From: Antedon mediterranea
Lineage: Eukaryota; Animalia; Echinodermata
Direction: 5' to 3'
Assembly (NCBI RefSeq): GCF_964355755.1
Contig: NC_092670.1
Location: 34,460,388-34,524,387 of the forward strand
Length of the DNA stretch: 64,000 nucleotides
The notes beneath the pieces are model-generated. The model was not told the DNA's origin. It did not search any database and saw only the letters and a program-made list of their open reading frames with translations. The translations under genes and the position numbers were made by a program. Shown piece by piece: positions 50,725-64,000 of the stretch. Every line of letters starts with the position of its first letter. Position 1 is the first letter of the stretch.

Positions 50725-51734
50725 AAAAGTTGCTATAGATTCAAATCTCAAAGCCAAACAAAGCAATTTTAATGTACATACTATGAAAAGTAATTTGAAA
50801 CCGTACAATGACCAATTGTAATCCCATGTTCGAGTATAATCCCACCCCCTATTAGGCTAAATTTGAACACAACAAATTGGTAATTCTACATAATTACAAT
50901 AATCAAAACGTAGATCCTCAACAACCCTAATTCTGTAGGCTTTTCCACCTTCTTAAAGCTCTATCAAACTTTATGTAATGTGCCCATATTTGGACACGAA
51001 ATCATATATTACTACCATATTTTGGGCACGCACTTTTTTTGTCAAACTGGTTTGGACGTGTTACAGGGTTTTACAATAAACTCACCTAACTAACTACTAT
51101 TTCTGTACAAAAGCAGATCTTCTAGCGTAATTAAATTTGTTTTTTCATACATTTTGAAATGGTTATTAATTCTAAAGGTGGATGAAAATAGCCATTTTTT
51201 TGTAGAACGTTATTGAGTTTGACCCATAACCTTTATGAAAAGGTGTTTCCAGATAAGGTGGGACTCATCCTGTCTGCATATACTAGCCTCCACAATCCAT
51301 GTTGCAGTCACCTGAATGTTGCAATGCCACCAATTGAAGAGCTAACACAATATTCAACAGACTTTATGAAAAAGGTGTTTCCAGACAAGGTGGGGCACTC
51401 CTGTCTGTGCTCTCTGCAATCCAGACTACGTGCCATTTTGCATTACCATCAATTGAAGAGCTAACCCAGTAATGTAAAATGTTGAGTGGTCATGTGGTTG
51501 GAGCATAGTTAAATCTTCTTGGAATTTTGCAATACCAGCAATAGTAAAGATTTCTAATCATTGAACAAAATTTTAAGAAAAAAAAAATTTTCAAAACAAG
51601 GTAGGGCACTAATCCTGTCTGGACACACTAGCTTCTGCATTCCAGGAAGCCTGAAATATCTTTATATCATAGATTATTATTATGCTCTTCTCCCTGTGAG
51701 CACAAGTACCCTACTCATCTTGAAAGATAAACTG

Positions 51735-52050
51735 TGCACACAAACACAAGTGAGTGCACACTATTGAGGTGCACACACGTGATGTACACACAAATAAGGT
51801 CACACAAGTGAGGTGCACACAAGTTAGTGCACACAAACAAAGTACACACAAGTGAGGTGCACACAAGTGAGATGCACACAAGTGAGGTGCACACAAGTGA
51901 GTGCAAACTAAGTAAGTGCACACAAGTGAGGTGCACACAAGCAAACTACACACAAGCGAGGTGCACACAAGCAAACTACACACAAGCGAGGTGCACACAA
52001 GCAAAGTACACACAAGTGAGGTGCACACAAGTGAGGTGCACACAAGCAAA
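51735..52050. repeat. Minisatellite, ~15-bp unit gtgcacacaagtgag
   Basis: Direct observation; explains the VHTSE/VCTSL ORFs. Confidence 0.95.
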
Positions 52051-52275
52051 ATATACACTGGTACTTTTTTGTATCCGAAACATTTTAATTATCATCATGC
52101 TCTAATCTAAGCACTAATTTCTGCACTTTATAAATCTACAATTACTGTTATTACTATTATTAGTCCTTATCTATGAAGATTATCCTCATCTGTCATTCAT
52201 CTCTGTCAGACATCAAGAGGAAATGGATGTAGAACAATAGACAAGCAAACAAACTAGAGTAGGCTTATCACTTAC

Positions 52276-52362
52276 CCGTTCCAGCCATGAACAGAAGGTC
52301 GCCGGTAAACACATGACCAGGAGATTGATATCGGCTAGCATCAAGGATGTAAATTGTGTGGC
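52276..52362 (-). CDS. PNKD: PNKD-like exon (GHTIYILDASRYQSPGHVFTGDLLFMAGT)
   Basis: FTGDLLF..G metallo-beta-lactamase motif; ttttag and gtaagt boundaries. Confidence 0.92.
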
Positions 52363-52618
52363 CTAAAAGTGGGACAAATAGAATATCACCATTGCGAATC
52401 TATAACAATTAGATTTTTTTTCTACATATCGGTTCTTGTTTTTATTTATTTAGCGCCATTCCAACATAGTCATTGTACATGGACAAATGTTTTTCTTAGA
52501 AAAAAGATTCATTAAAACATACATCAATCCCAATGTTAATGTGATGATCTAATAGTCTTTGCCACTGTTCGGTATGTGGGCTAACATTAAAATAGTTATA
52601 TAAATATAACACAATTAC

Positions 52619-52695
52619 CAATAGTGTGACCAGGAGTAAATCGAGCAGTAAACTTTAAACAACCTACAGTAAATTGTTCTCCGTCATTGAGATTA
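52619..52695 (-). CDS. PNKD: PNKD-like exon (NLNDGEQFTVGCLKFTARFTPGHTI)
   Basis: TPGHT motif; polypyrimidine-CAG acceptor and GT donor in phase. Confidence 0.92.
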
Positions 52696-53299
52696 CTGTT
52701 GAAAAAAAAAAAATAAATAATTTCATTAAATTAAAGTCTGATAAAAATGCAATTAGTACATTAATTCAGCAAAGCCGACTCAAATCGATGGAGCATAACA
52801 ACATTGGTTAGTAGTAGGCCTACTGTACATATGTTTAGTATATCAATTTCTTCAAAGTACAATAAAACCAATATAGATGAAAGAAGCTTTTCAGACAAAA
52901 AAACCCTTAAAAAAACAGGTACTAAACCATCTAGCTATGCATGCAAATGTACTGGGGCCTCAGTAATTTTGCTATTGGCCTATCATTGGAAAAATGTAGT
53001 TGACCAAAGGGGGACCAAAGGGGGGCCAAAGGGGATGTATGTGCCCCACTAAAAAAGGCTACTGTATGCAATTAGGAATGTTATTGTAATGCTACCTTAC
53101 AGTACAAAACCTGATTAAAATTAATAGATTATATGTCTACTTCCAAGTAGTAACGAATAGTACCGGTATAAATGACCTACATCCATTTTCTTGACCTAGT
53201 TTCTTAGTCCAAGGTGTGTTGTGAGTCACGATTACAATATAACTTCATTATATTTTACAAGATAAAGTGTATCATGAAAATAATTAGTAATTCTTGTAT

Positions 53300-53950
53300 C
53301 TTGTAATTAGTCAATTGTTCTCTATTGTTTTGTAATTAGTTAATTGTTCTCTATTGACTTGTAATTAGTCAATTGTTCTCTATTGTCTTGTAATTATTCA
53401 ATTGTTCTCTATTGTCTTGTAATTAGTCAATTGTTCTCTATTGTCTTGTAATTAGTTAATTGTTCTCTATTGTCTTGTAATTAGTTAATTGTTCTCTATT
53501 GTCTTGTAATTAGTTAATTGTTCTCTATTGTCTTGTAATTAGTTAATTGTTCTCTATTGTCTTGTAATTAGTCAATTGTTCTCTATTGTCTTGTAATTAG
53601 TCAATTGTTCTCTATTGTCTTGTAATTAGTCAATTGTTCTCTATTGTCTTGTAATTAGTTAATTGTTCTATATTGTCTTGTAATTAGTTAATTGTTTTCT
53701 ATTGTCTTGTAATTAGTTAATTGTTCTCTATTGTCTTGTAATTAGTTAATTGTTCTCTATTGACTTGTAATTAGTCAAGTGTTCTCTATTATCTAGTAAT
53801 TAATCAATTGTTCTGTATTGTCTAGTAATTAATCAATTGTTCTGTATTGTCTAGTAATTAATCAATTGTTCTTTATTGTCTAGTAATTAATCAATTGTTC
53901 TCTATTGTCTTGTACTGTAATTAGTCAATTGTTCTGTATTGTTTTGTAAT
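53300..53950. repeat. Minisatellite, 29-bp unit
   Basis: ttgtaattagtcaattgttctctattgtc in tandem. Confidence 0.95.
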
Positions 53951-54077
53951 TCTGCTGTATCTTATCATGATGTCATTCCAATCTGTAAGTTATATATTAT
54001 AAGAGATGCATTTCTGTTCATCAATAATAGGTGTTTTGTTTGGTCATATTGCAGTAAAATAAACGTAGTACACTCAC

Positions 54078-54170
54078 TTTGTTAAAGCTGGTACATTATC
54101 TACGTTGCTCCCATAGACAAGTAAATCTGGATACTTGCTCTTTAATTCAGAGTTTCCACCCGAGTGGTCC
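54078..54170 (-). CDS. PNKD: PNKD-like exon (DHSGGNSELKSKYPDLLVYGSNVDNVPALT); upstream exons not found in window
   Basis: Second half of the THxHxDH motif (W-DHSGGN); CAG and GTGAGT boundaries. Confidence 0.92.
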
Positions 54171-54865
54171 CTGTAGGGTATAATAAATAACATTGAATTA
54201 GCTACAATTGGTCTAGTATGAGGTAATTTACTTCTACTCTAAATTAGGGTAGGGGTTAGAAGATTATCTGAGCTGGTTGGGATTTCCCATGAGATAGATT
54301 ATACTCTGCAGCTAGATCATACAGACATCTTGATAGATTCCAAGGCTAGCCATTGTCTGTATCAGTTAACCATTTTCACAAGTACCTTCTACAACGTGTA
54401 CGCAAATTTTGATTTGCTTGAAAAGTCATTTTAGTTTTTTCTCGTGATCTTAGTAGGATGACATTAAGTTTTAAGCATCACATGTTTCAGTATTTACGGG
54501 TACGAAATATAATGCTTTATCTTTTAACAATGAACAATATAAATCAAAACTATTATATAATATTAAACGATATAAAAAGATTATTATCAATACAACAATG
54601 CCACTAAATATTTACATTCTAAACTGAGGCTGATGTTTATCAATATAAAAAAGAGTGAAAAGAAGAATAAACTATTAAATTAAAATACTAAATCTTTTGA
54701 TATACCATGATGCACTCTGATCTTGAGACATTTCAGGCTGCACCTGCATGTCCCTTCACAGGTAAACTCATTACCTTTTTGAATATTATATAGAGAATAT
54801 TTTGCAGGGTTTTCAACACAGATTATTGCTGTATACTATTTAACCCATATTTTTTGGATTGGGAT

Positions 54866-55180
54866 GAGTCAAGTGGCCGAGCGGTTAAGGAAGGGGCGTC
54901 GTTTCCGTACCTAAAGAGCCAACAATATCGGCAAGGGGTCGAGGCCGATTCACTATTAGTTCTGGAACAAGTCTTCTCGGATAGAGGACTATAAACCGAG
55001 GTTCGTTGTACAGTTATTACCCGTGTGCACTTTAAAGAACCCAGTTCATCATTCTAGATGAGTGGGAGGTTACCCCGGATGAAGCCGATTCATAAAATAG
55101 CCCAGGGAGATTACCACTTATCTAATATAACAGTGATTCATTTACTACGTAATACCGACCTAAAGACATAAAATAAACCA
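54866..55180 (+). mobile_element. tRNA-derived SINE (Deu/Nin-domain-like)
   Basis: A-box gtggccgagcggttaag, degenerate B-box, conserved gtcttctcggata..gactataaa...ttaaagaaccc...gttaccccgg core. Confidence 0.75.
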
Positions 55181-55366
55181 AGATGGGTGCCAAGCTACAA
55201 TGCATTAATTAAGCATACCACTTTTCTAATGAAAGTAATTCAATGTATGGCATAATAATATGCAGAGTGTGGCATCGAACCAATAATCTTCAGAATTAAA
55301 GACGAACACCAATTTACAAAACCAGTTGATAACTTAAAGATCAGAAACACAATCTTTAGATTTAGT

Positions 55367-55668
55367 GAGTTGAGTGGCCGTGTGGTTGAGACAGTGGAAC
55401 CGTAATTACGTAACCATAACATCGGCAGGGGTTCGAGGCTCACTCACTCCATGGTTCTGGTGGTAGAACGAGTCTTCTCGGATAAGGACTATAAATTGTA
55501 GGTCCAGTGTGCACAACTAGCTCATGTGCACTTTAAAGAACCTAGTACATCTTTCGAGACGAGTAGGGGGTTACCCCGGTGTATTAGTACATCACCAACT
55601 GGGCCATCTGGGAGACCAGTCTTTGACTGAAGAGGTCGGCCAGTATATTTATAAAACAAAACAAAAAA
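55367..55668 (+). mobile_element. tRNA-derived SINE (same superfamily); partial copy at ~56712-56828
   Basis: A-box gtggccgtgtggttgag, B-box ggttcgaggc, same core, aaaac tail. Confidence 0.8.
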
Positions 55669-58076
55669 GCAACACAAGTAATTTAGGCAATTACAAGCTA
55701 GAGTTCAGAAGATTAATCATTTGTAATTGGACAACCAACTTGTGGCACATACGTTTTATTGCGTTGCGTCCAAGGGGAACCATGTTTAAAAGGAATTGCT
55801 AAATAGAACATTGAACCTACTCTTTAAAACAAAGGTTAGCATCAGTATAATACCATTGCTAATAAAGATCAAACTGTGGACCTGAAACTGTATGATGACA
55901 TTTTATGATACTGTAACTAACTTTCAAATAAACAAGGTCTTTAAATATTATGACATTATGTAATAGAGCACTGGTAGTTGAATCACCACTTTATATTATA
56001 AGCTTTTTGTTTACAAAAACTACATTTATGATGGTAGAACCAAAAGCCTAGAAGAGAAGAACACAAAGACAATTAACGCGGTATCATGTGTTAAAATGAT
56101 ATCATATTTAGGCACACGGTGACCTAAAGAGTTGATGCGTGAGAAACACTGATAATGATACTGTAATTATCTCCTTCTTTTTCATTTAATTACAAAGAAG
56201 TAACAAAACATTATAAATGAATTAATGTATTGATAAAAAATCCACATAACAGGTTCATCAAATAGGAATAAAAATCACTGTCAAGTAGCTCACTAAAGTC
56301 GAAAGAATAGAAAAAAAAAATAGACATTTTTTTTTTAAATACTAAATATCCTTAAAGGGTATATCCAGGTTTAAAATTTCTATTATATAAACATTGAAAA
56401 AAACCCAACTTATTATTATATTACACAGCATTGAAGCAGTAACCAGTAACCACTTTTTAAAAGATACTACAGACTTTTTTAATGTTGTTTAAATTTTATA
56501 AACAATAGAACAACAACAGACCTACTACCATTCAATTTGTAATTAATTCTTTTTCAAAATTCTTGGTAATGCATACTTGTTCTTCAGTGTCATCATTCTC
56601 AATATTTTATAACTTTAATGTTGGGGCTCTAGACATAAATATCTTCTTATATAAATATCTGGTTATTAAATTGATACATCTATTTCTTTACAACAAAAAA
56701 GGTTATTTTCCATGACAGTGGAGCCATGTAGCCATAAAATTGACAAGGGTTAGAGGCTCACTCGCTCCATGGTTCTGGTGGTGGTGGTAGAAAGAGTCTT
56801 TTCAGATAAGGACTATAAACCATAGGACCTGCAATTTTTGACATTTTGTTAAAACAATGCATATACTGTATGTATGTAACGTTAAAAACATTAAACCAGG
56901 TCTTTACTTTTCTTATGCGTTCTAATTTTAATTATGGCAAAAAGAGAAAAACAATGCACTACCTAAGTAGATTGCATCGAAAGTTCTCTCGTAGACATTT
57001 CTAGCTTAGTTAGGCTTAGTTTTGTAGGCCTACTGTAGCTGGTACGAACATCGTACGCTAGCTATAGGCCTAGCCTGACGTTGTCGCATTGCTGAATTAG
57101 TTGTTATTCGTTTTTTGGCAGAATCCGTTGATACAAAAAATTGGGGAAGACCTGGTATTTTAGCGGTTCTTTTATTTGTTTACCCTTTCACACGATTGAT
57201 AAAAGTGGGTGCATCACATCACAATATGAAAATATCAATCCGTGCATGATGCATGTTGGGATTTATAGCGGGCCGCTAAAATGATTAGAATCAGAACAAT
57301 TTTTGCAATAGGTCCATATAGTGTTTATAAGATGTAGTGTGTGATTTTAAATTAGGTTGAAAAAATGTAGGTCTAGTGCCTTTAAACAACAGGTTTCTTT
57401 GTTGCGAATTTCTAAAAATCATAAAACAAAACTATAATATAAATAGTAAAAACCACAAAAACTATGTTTTTTTTTTCCAGCGCTTCAAGCTTTGCAAAAT
57501 GCGGATATATTAAAGTATATTTTTGATTGACACTTGCTGAGTATATCATAAACTAAAGATAAGTTATTAACACAATCAGATTAAGACAGGTGCAATCGTA
57601 CCAACCCTGTTTCTTGCAAAAAAAGATTGCGATTCATAGAATTTGAACCATATGTTTTTGTGGTTTTCATATTGTTAACTGAGCTCTGTACACAATAGTA
57701 AACTATTAAACTTATCTGAAAATATAGTTGGTGGTTTCTTTTATTAAATATATTTAATAGAAAATTCAATCGTTTTTATTATTTTTTTATTACCAAAGTG
57801 AAAGAAACCTGTTGTTTAGTTTAATCATAACTAATGTGAATAAGCTGCTGTTGGAAAATAAAATACTATATATTGATAAGAACATCTGAGTTGTTATTAT
57901 TTGTAACATGAAAAATAGTTATTATTATCATTATTAATTATTATTAAAATAGTTTCATTATTATTGTTTGAAAGACAGGATAGACACGAATATGATACAA
58001 AATTGTAATTAGAAAGATCCTAGTTTTGCTCTTCAGTTAAAAAGATTGAGCTAAAATTGATAAATACCATTTCTAC

Positions 58077-58431
58077 TTAAAGATGTATTGTCCCCCTGAA
58101 AAAATAATTCTTAACAAAATTGTTGTTAAATAATATGCCATTTTAATGTAACGTAATCATTATCTACTTTTACCAAATATTGGATCGAAAAAAAAATGTA
58201 ATTACCTGAAAAAACTGTCATTTAAACCAAAAAAAGATCAAATTTGCTGCCAGCCAAGGGGTTTTTGGTTGATTTAACCATTTATTTTTTTGTCATTTTA
58301 TAAGTGGAAATGTTATTCTTTTTTCGTTTTTGTTTTCTACGTAAGTGATTAACTTTATTAAAACTACAAAATAACCTATTCAAAGTTTATTTAATTAATT
58401 TTTCATGTTTTTGGGAAACAATACAACTTTA
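58077..58431. mobile_element. TTAA-flanked MITE (Kolobok-like)
   Basis: ttaa-agatgtattgtccc ... aaacaatacaact-ttaa terminal inverted repeats. Confidence 0.6.
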
Positions 58432-58882
58432 ACAGTCTAGATAGTTAAGAAGTGCAAAAGTAAAAGCTTTATCAAACCAGTTTTATGGTATTGCTATACT
58501 CAAATATGATAATTGATGTGACATCATCATGTTCATATATTGGCACATTAAATTACAAAAAAAGATTGACTGAAATTGTATGTTAACCTTTTTGTATCAA
58601 TTTAACCTAGATTTTCTAACTAGCATAAATCTCAAAGTATTAATGACTGTCATTTATTATGTGCTCTTGTTCTATTATAAAATGATCAGTGTCATGCAGA
58701 CAAAGGAAGATATAAACTAAAATTACACTACAAAATACAAAGGAAAGTTGAATGTTTTGCTAATATCAAATACTTTGTACCTGGAAATAAGCAAGAATCA
58801 TTAGCGTGAACAAAGCAATTTACATCCGAGTTGGCCAAAAATAATTTCTGCAAGTAATATATATTGTGAGTAATAATTGTAA

Positions 58883-59075
58883 GTAGAGTGGTTTAGGGGT
58901 TATGATGCTTGGCTACCAATCCAAGGGTCCTGGGTTCAAGCCCTGTCATATGTCAGGATTTTTTCTAATAACAAATTAAAACTCACTCCCAAAGACTTCT
59001 ATTCTAATACGACTTTGTTTATGTAGAGCATCTTGTGTATATGTTTGTTTTTGTCTTAAGAAGGGTATTATTAAT
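58883..59075 (+). mobile_element. tRNA-derived SINE-like fragment
   Basis: gtggtttaggggttatgatgcttggctaccaatccaagggtcctgggttcaagccc head with A/B boxes but no paired acceptor stem. Confidence 0.55.
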
Positions 59076-60090
59076 TAATTGGCTTATGGTTATCCTTGGC
59101 AATTCGACTAAATATATACAAAAAAAAAACAAAAAAAATATTGAGTAATACAACAATTACATAACATACTGGTGTTAAATCAGCATTAGAACTGCTTTTG
59201 GTGCCTACAACCTGGTACCTACAACCTTTTGCAACAATTGGTACAGTAGAAATAACACAGTTGCTGATGAAAGTCATGGATATACAATTTTCTGATTGTG
59301 TTGCATCGATTAAAAATTGCTACACAAAAATCGATTTTGGTGAATGACACCAGAATTAATTAAGAGTTTTCCAACTGATTTATTGAAAGATCGGTTCTTT
59401 ATTATTTCAAAAGGAACAAGAGTATTATTTGTTAAAAAAATATGATATTAAATCCATTGTTTAAATTTTCATTAGAAACCAGGTCAAAGGAGCTTAGTTA
59501 ATATTAATGAAAACTATCAATTACAATCTTAACAATTTGTAAAGGTGAAAATAACATGCCTTTTACTGTGCTCGATAATGAGAAACAGTACAGTGATTAG
59601 GAATACACTAACAGACATACTAACTAACAAAGAGATGAAATTTTAAAATTGATGATGATGAGGAGGATCCTTTGTACTGTTGGACATCTGCAGCGAGAAA
59701 GGTGGTGAAACAGTGTTGCGTTTCTAATCCTAGAATGATCTTAAAGTGCGGTAGTATTCATAAAAGATTAAGAGTTTACCGTAACCATTGACATAAGACT
59801 GGACCAGCCATGATTTATGAGAATGGATCAATTTGGTGTAGAATAGATCTCTTCAATTAATCAATCAAAACTCTCAACTGCATGGGGATAAAATTCGTAC
59901 AAAATTGTTCAATAAAAAAAGAAAAGGCTATAAAAATATTTTATATTATTGTATTCCTATTGTATTTTTTCTTATTTTATTAATAAATCATAGATATCAA
60001 AGTTTTTAAATTAAAAAAAAAAGTTTGTTTTTGGGGTGAAAACTCAATGCTTTACCCTTTTTTTCAATGTAAGTTAATTATGTAAGTTTT

Positions 60091-61997
60091 TACGGTGGCC
60101 CACAACTGTCACGCACACTATATAAATCATATTCACACAATTAAAGAAGGAATCACACAATTAAAGAAGGAATCACACAATTAAAGAAGAAATCACACAA
60201 TTAAAGAAGGAATCACACAATTAAAGAAGAAATCACACAATTAAAGAAGGAATCGCATATAAACAAAAGAAAGCATGAAAATATAAAAAGAAATGCACAA
60301 ATAAAGAAGAGCTAAGCACAATTAAAGAAGTCCGCAACAAATTCGAAAGCTCCTCGCACAATTAAAGAAGTTCGCAACAAAATCAAAAGCTCCTCGCACA
60401 ATTAAAGAAGTCCGCAACAAATTCGAAAGTACCTCGCACAATTAAAGAAGACCGCAACAAATTCGAAAGTACCTCGCACAATTAGAGTACAGTAGTCCAT
60501 ATGGAACGCCATCGCTGCCTCCGGCAGCAGCAAACTTTAATTCTATTCGGCTCTTTTACCATTACGTTCGGCTCTTTTACCATTCGGCGCATTTCTATTC
60601 GGCCTTTTTACCATTACGTACGGCTCTTTCAGCATTCAGCTCATTTCTATTTGGCCCATTTTTTACCATTACGTTCGGCTCTTTCAGCTTTCGGCTCTTT
60701 TTTATTCGGCCAATTTACCATTACGTTCGGCTCTTTCAGCATTCGGCTCTTTTTTATTCGGCCCATTTAACATTACGTTCGGCTCTTTTTGATTCGGCTC
60801 TTTCTGCATTACGTTGGGCTTTTTTTAAATCGGCATTTTTTTATATGGCGCAATTAAAATCTAACCTTTGACATGGGTCAAATGGAAGAAAATCAACGAC
60901 TGGAAATGAGTCTATGAAAAGTTTACAAACATTTCATCATCATGGCGCCAACCATGAGTAGCCAACCGATTAAAGATGTGTTGAATAACCTAAATTAATT
61001 CATCTTTTAACAAATTTTGAGAGAGAAAGGGTAAATTATTATTATTAAATGTTTGGCTGACACTAGGCGAGGCCTAGCTAGCCTAGGCCATAAATCAAAC
61101 CTTTTCTCTCTCAAAATGGTCAATAAGGTAGGACAATTGCAAGTTCTCTAACTAACACATTAATCATGTCAATAAAATGATTTAGTTATATTGAAATAGC
61201 CTTCAAATTCATTTAATTCAACCAACCAAACACTCTACATGCTGCATCTATATGTTTTGTAAACTTTTCATAGACTCATTTCCAGCCGTTGATTTTCTTC
61301 CATTTGACCCCATGAAAAAGGTTAGAATTTAATTGCGCCCCGCATAAAAAAGGGCCAAATCAAAAAGAGCCGAACGTAATGCAGAAAGAGCCGAATAAAA
61401 AAGGGCCGAATTAAAAAGAGCCGAATGCTGAAAGAGCCGAACGTAATGGTAAATGGGCCGAATAAAAAAGAGCCGAATGCTGAAAGAACCGAACGTAATG
61501 GTAAATGGGCCGAATAGAAATGCGCCGAATGCTAAAAGAGCCGAACGTAATGGTAAAAGAGCCGAATAGAATTAAAGTTTCCTGCCGGAGGCAGCAATGG
61601 CGTTCCATACGGACTACTGTACTTTAATTGTGTGTGAGGTACTTTCGAATTTGTTGCGGACTTCTTTAATTGTGCGAGGAGCTTTCGAATTTGTTGCGGA
61701 CTTCTTTCATTGTGCGAGGGGCTTTCAAATTTGTTGCAGACTTCTTTAATTGTGCGAGGAGCTTTCGAATTTGTTGCGGACTTCTTTAATTGTGCTTAGC
61801 TCTTCTTTAATTGTGCGTTTCTTCTTTATTTGTGCATTTCGTTTTGTATTTTCATGCTTTCTTTTGTTTATATGCGATTTCTTTTTTAATTGTGCGATTT
61901 CTTCTTTAATTGTGTGATTCCTTCTTTAATTGTGTAATTCCTTCTTTAATTGTGTGATTCTGTGTTATAGTGTGCGTGACAGTTGTGGGCCACCGTA
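60091..61997. mobile_element. Non-autonomous foldback DNA transposon with ~750-840-bp modular TIRs and a 6-bp TSD
   Basis: TACGGTGGCCCACAACTGTCACGCACACTAT at both ends inverted; AGTTTT duplicated at 60085-60090 and 61998-62003; arms built of cacaattaaagaag and ttcggctcttt repeats. Confidence 0.92.
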
Positions 61998-62112
61998 AGT
62001 TTTATCATCATTTACCTTTTATATGTTGTTGTTTATATTTGTATGGACGCACCACCGAAAGGTGTGTGCCACTGATTCGAAAGTGAGTACCAATAAATAC
62101 TGAAATAGTATA

Positions 62113-62252
62113 AAATCCTGTCTACACTATAAACTTTATTTATAAAAAAAATGTGATGTGCCCATATATGGACATGATGATGTCATATCACTACTATATT
62201 TGGGCAAATCACACTTTTTTTCTCATAGTTTGATAGTGTAGACAGAGATTAA
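62113..62252. mobile_element. Short MITE; related copy near 50953
   Basis: TIR ctgtctacactat...atagtgtagacag with internal gtgcccatat palindromic motifs. Confidence 0.65.
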
Positions 62253-63607
62253 GTTTCTGAAAAGGAAGGAGAAAGAGGAGAGAGAAAGGAAAACTCTAAT
62301 ATACACAATAACTATAAATCACACATTAGACAGCTTAATGTCAACACTATTCAATACTAACAAGCAAAATGGAGTGTAAAACGGTAGTATATTTTTAGTA
62401 AAATGTTCTACGTATGTTTTCGAAATTACATTAAAAATAAAAAATCTATCTATTAAAATCTTCATTTATTAATTAACATTTTACAGCTATGGAGGGGGGG
62501 GGGGGGGGCAATGCATCTTAGCACTCAAACACCCACTCGACATATTTTATAATACAAAATTAAAATCTATTTAACAACTGCTAACAAATTTCAATAAATA
62601 AATTACTTAATATAAATAATACCAAAATTACAAAACAAAATATAGTACACACTAATTCGGTATTACATTATGGTTCAAAGACGAATAGATTAACCTTGAT
62701 AGTGTTAAATTCACCTTGGCACCAAACTAAATAACATATGACACATTGAGGAAATCGTAAAGCTTTCTGTATTGACCAATTGAAGAAGCTCTGACATTGG
62801 AAAGCACGCCTTTACAGCAATCTGAACCACACAGCAGCGCACATCTGCTATTGTATTTAATGCTCCTAGGCACGTACTACAAAACAAGAAACCAATCAAA
62901 TACAAAGATAGATGCATGCTTTCTGGTTGAGTAAGAGGTGTTGGTAAACTGCTAGCTGGGATTTCTTATAAATTTATATTCATATTTGTAAATAACTAGC
63001 TGGTTATAAATTTTTACAAGTAATCTTTTGTTTAAAAAGCAGCTTATGCATGCACTCTTGAACATTTCTACATCTTCACAGTTAATAACAGATTATTTTC
63101 ATTTTTTTAAATCCATTGGAAGATTTCTCATGAGCTGAAAAAAGAGTAAGTGAATTTTCTATTAATTATAATTGTTTAATTATTAATTTGACACACATTT
63201 TATGATAGGAAAAAACTTATGTTTTTGATGAAAAACTTTGGTTGAATCCTATTTAAACACAATGAGGACTGAAAACATGTAAATTTGTAAAAGATAACAT
63301 TTCTTTTTCTCTTATTAGTAAATTTGTGTTCATTTGGTTTTAAGATATTCAATTAATTATTTATTTACAAAATACATTCTTCTTGAAATATCAAAAAATT
63401 ATAATAATTAATATTTTTTTAAACTGTTGTTTTTAAATTAACAAAATTATAATATTAATAACATGGCATTTCTTAATTTTTTAGCCCTAGACATAGTGAA
63501 ATTTCCTAGACAGAACTTGAACTTGTTGAAAAGTAACTCAATCCCAAGTGTCAGGAAATCTTGGGAAATATTTCCCTAACAAAATCTAAGACTATTTCCA
63601 GGGCAAT

Positions 63608-64000
63608 ATGGATTCACTACAGAAAGTCGCCGTCTCATTCCACGTTGGAGGAATCGTAATGATTGGAGTTGTCGGAACAATTGCAAACTTGCTAACGATT
63701 ATTGCGATTTGTAAATACAAACACCTCAGAATACCGGGCAACTTTTTCTTGTTAAATCTTGCACTTGCTGATCTGATTGTTTGTACCGTTACAAATCCAT
63801 TCACCGTGGTTTCACTCGTCAATCGTGATTGGCCACTATCAAATAGTCTTTGTTTTTTTCTCGGTGCTGCACTCACGCTAAGTTGTTCAGCGTCAACAAC
63901 AAACCTCGTTTCTATAGCGATCAATCGTTATATGAGCATATTATGGCCGCAGAAATCTCAGGATATTTTCACAGTTAAGAGAACATTATTATTTTGTCTG
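63608..64000 (+). CDS. Class A (rhodopsin-like) GPCR, N-terminal part TM1-TM3, running off the window; NRY type
   Basis: Manual translation MDSLQK...GTIANLLTIIAI...LRIPGNFFLLNLALADLIV...W....LC...IAINRY. Confidence 0.92.
   Translation, partial: MDSLQKVAVSFHVGGIVMIGVVGTIANLLTIIAICKYKHLRIPGNFFLLNLALADLIVCTVTNPFTVVSLVNRDWPLSNSLCFFLGAALTLSCSASTTNLVSIAINRYMSILWPQKSQDIFTVKRTLLFCL

Noticed and set aside
51711-52110. Cys/His-rich repeat ORFs
   Set aside because: Products of a 15-bp minisatellite open on both strands.
54866-58960. tRNA genes
   Set aside because: A/B boxes are present but there is no complete cloverleaf, and they are followed by SINE body sequence.
63592-63924. 110-aa minus-strand ORF
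   Set aside because: Antisense shadow of the GPCR coding sequence.

Overview
AT-rich eukaryotic DNA with spliceosomal introns, probably from a marine invertebrate deuterostome such as an echinoderm (inferred from gene and repeat content). It has three zones. (1) About 248-13662 is a decayed Polinton/Maverick (adintovirus-like) element that begins AGTAGT inside a C-type lectin exon. Most of it is folded into an ~11.8-kb inverted duplication. It carries integrase and packaging-ATPase remnants, an open Bcl-2-like ORF, an acidic double-SIM ORF and a TAATG-coupled 90-aa ORF. A textbook Helitron has knocked out the second Bcl-2-like copy. (2) About 13.7-31.2 kb is a minus-strand cluster of four intronless Ig-like single-pass receptor paralogues with variable numbers of E-D-I/V-Y-x-x-I tyrosine repeats, interleaved with a QPD/WND C-type lectin and LINEs. 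(3) About 37-64 kb holds seven exons of a minus-strand PNKD/glyoxalase-II-like gene with repeat-filled introns (satellite, minisatellites, Helentron-type elements, SINEs, a foldback element) and the start of an opposite-strand class A GPCR. All homology calls come from motif recognition by eye, not from database searches.
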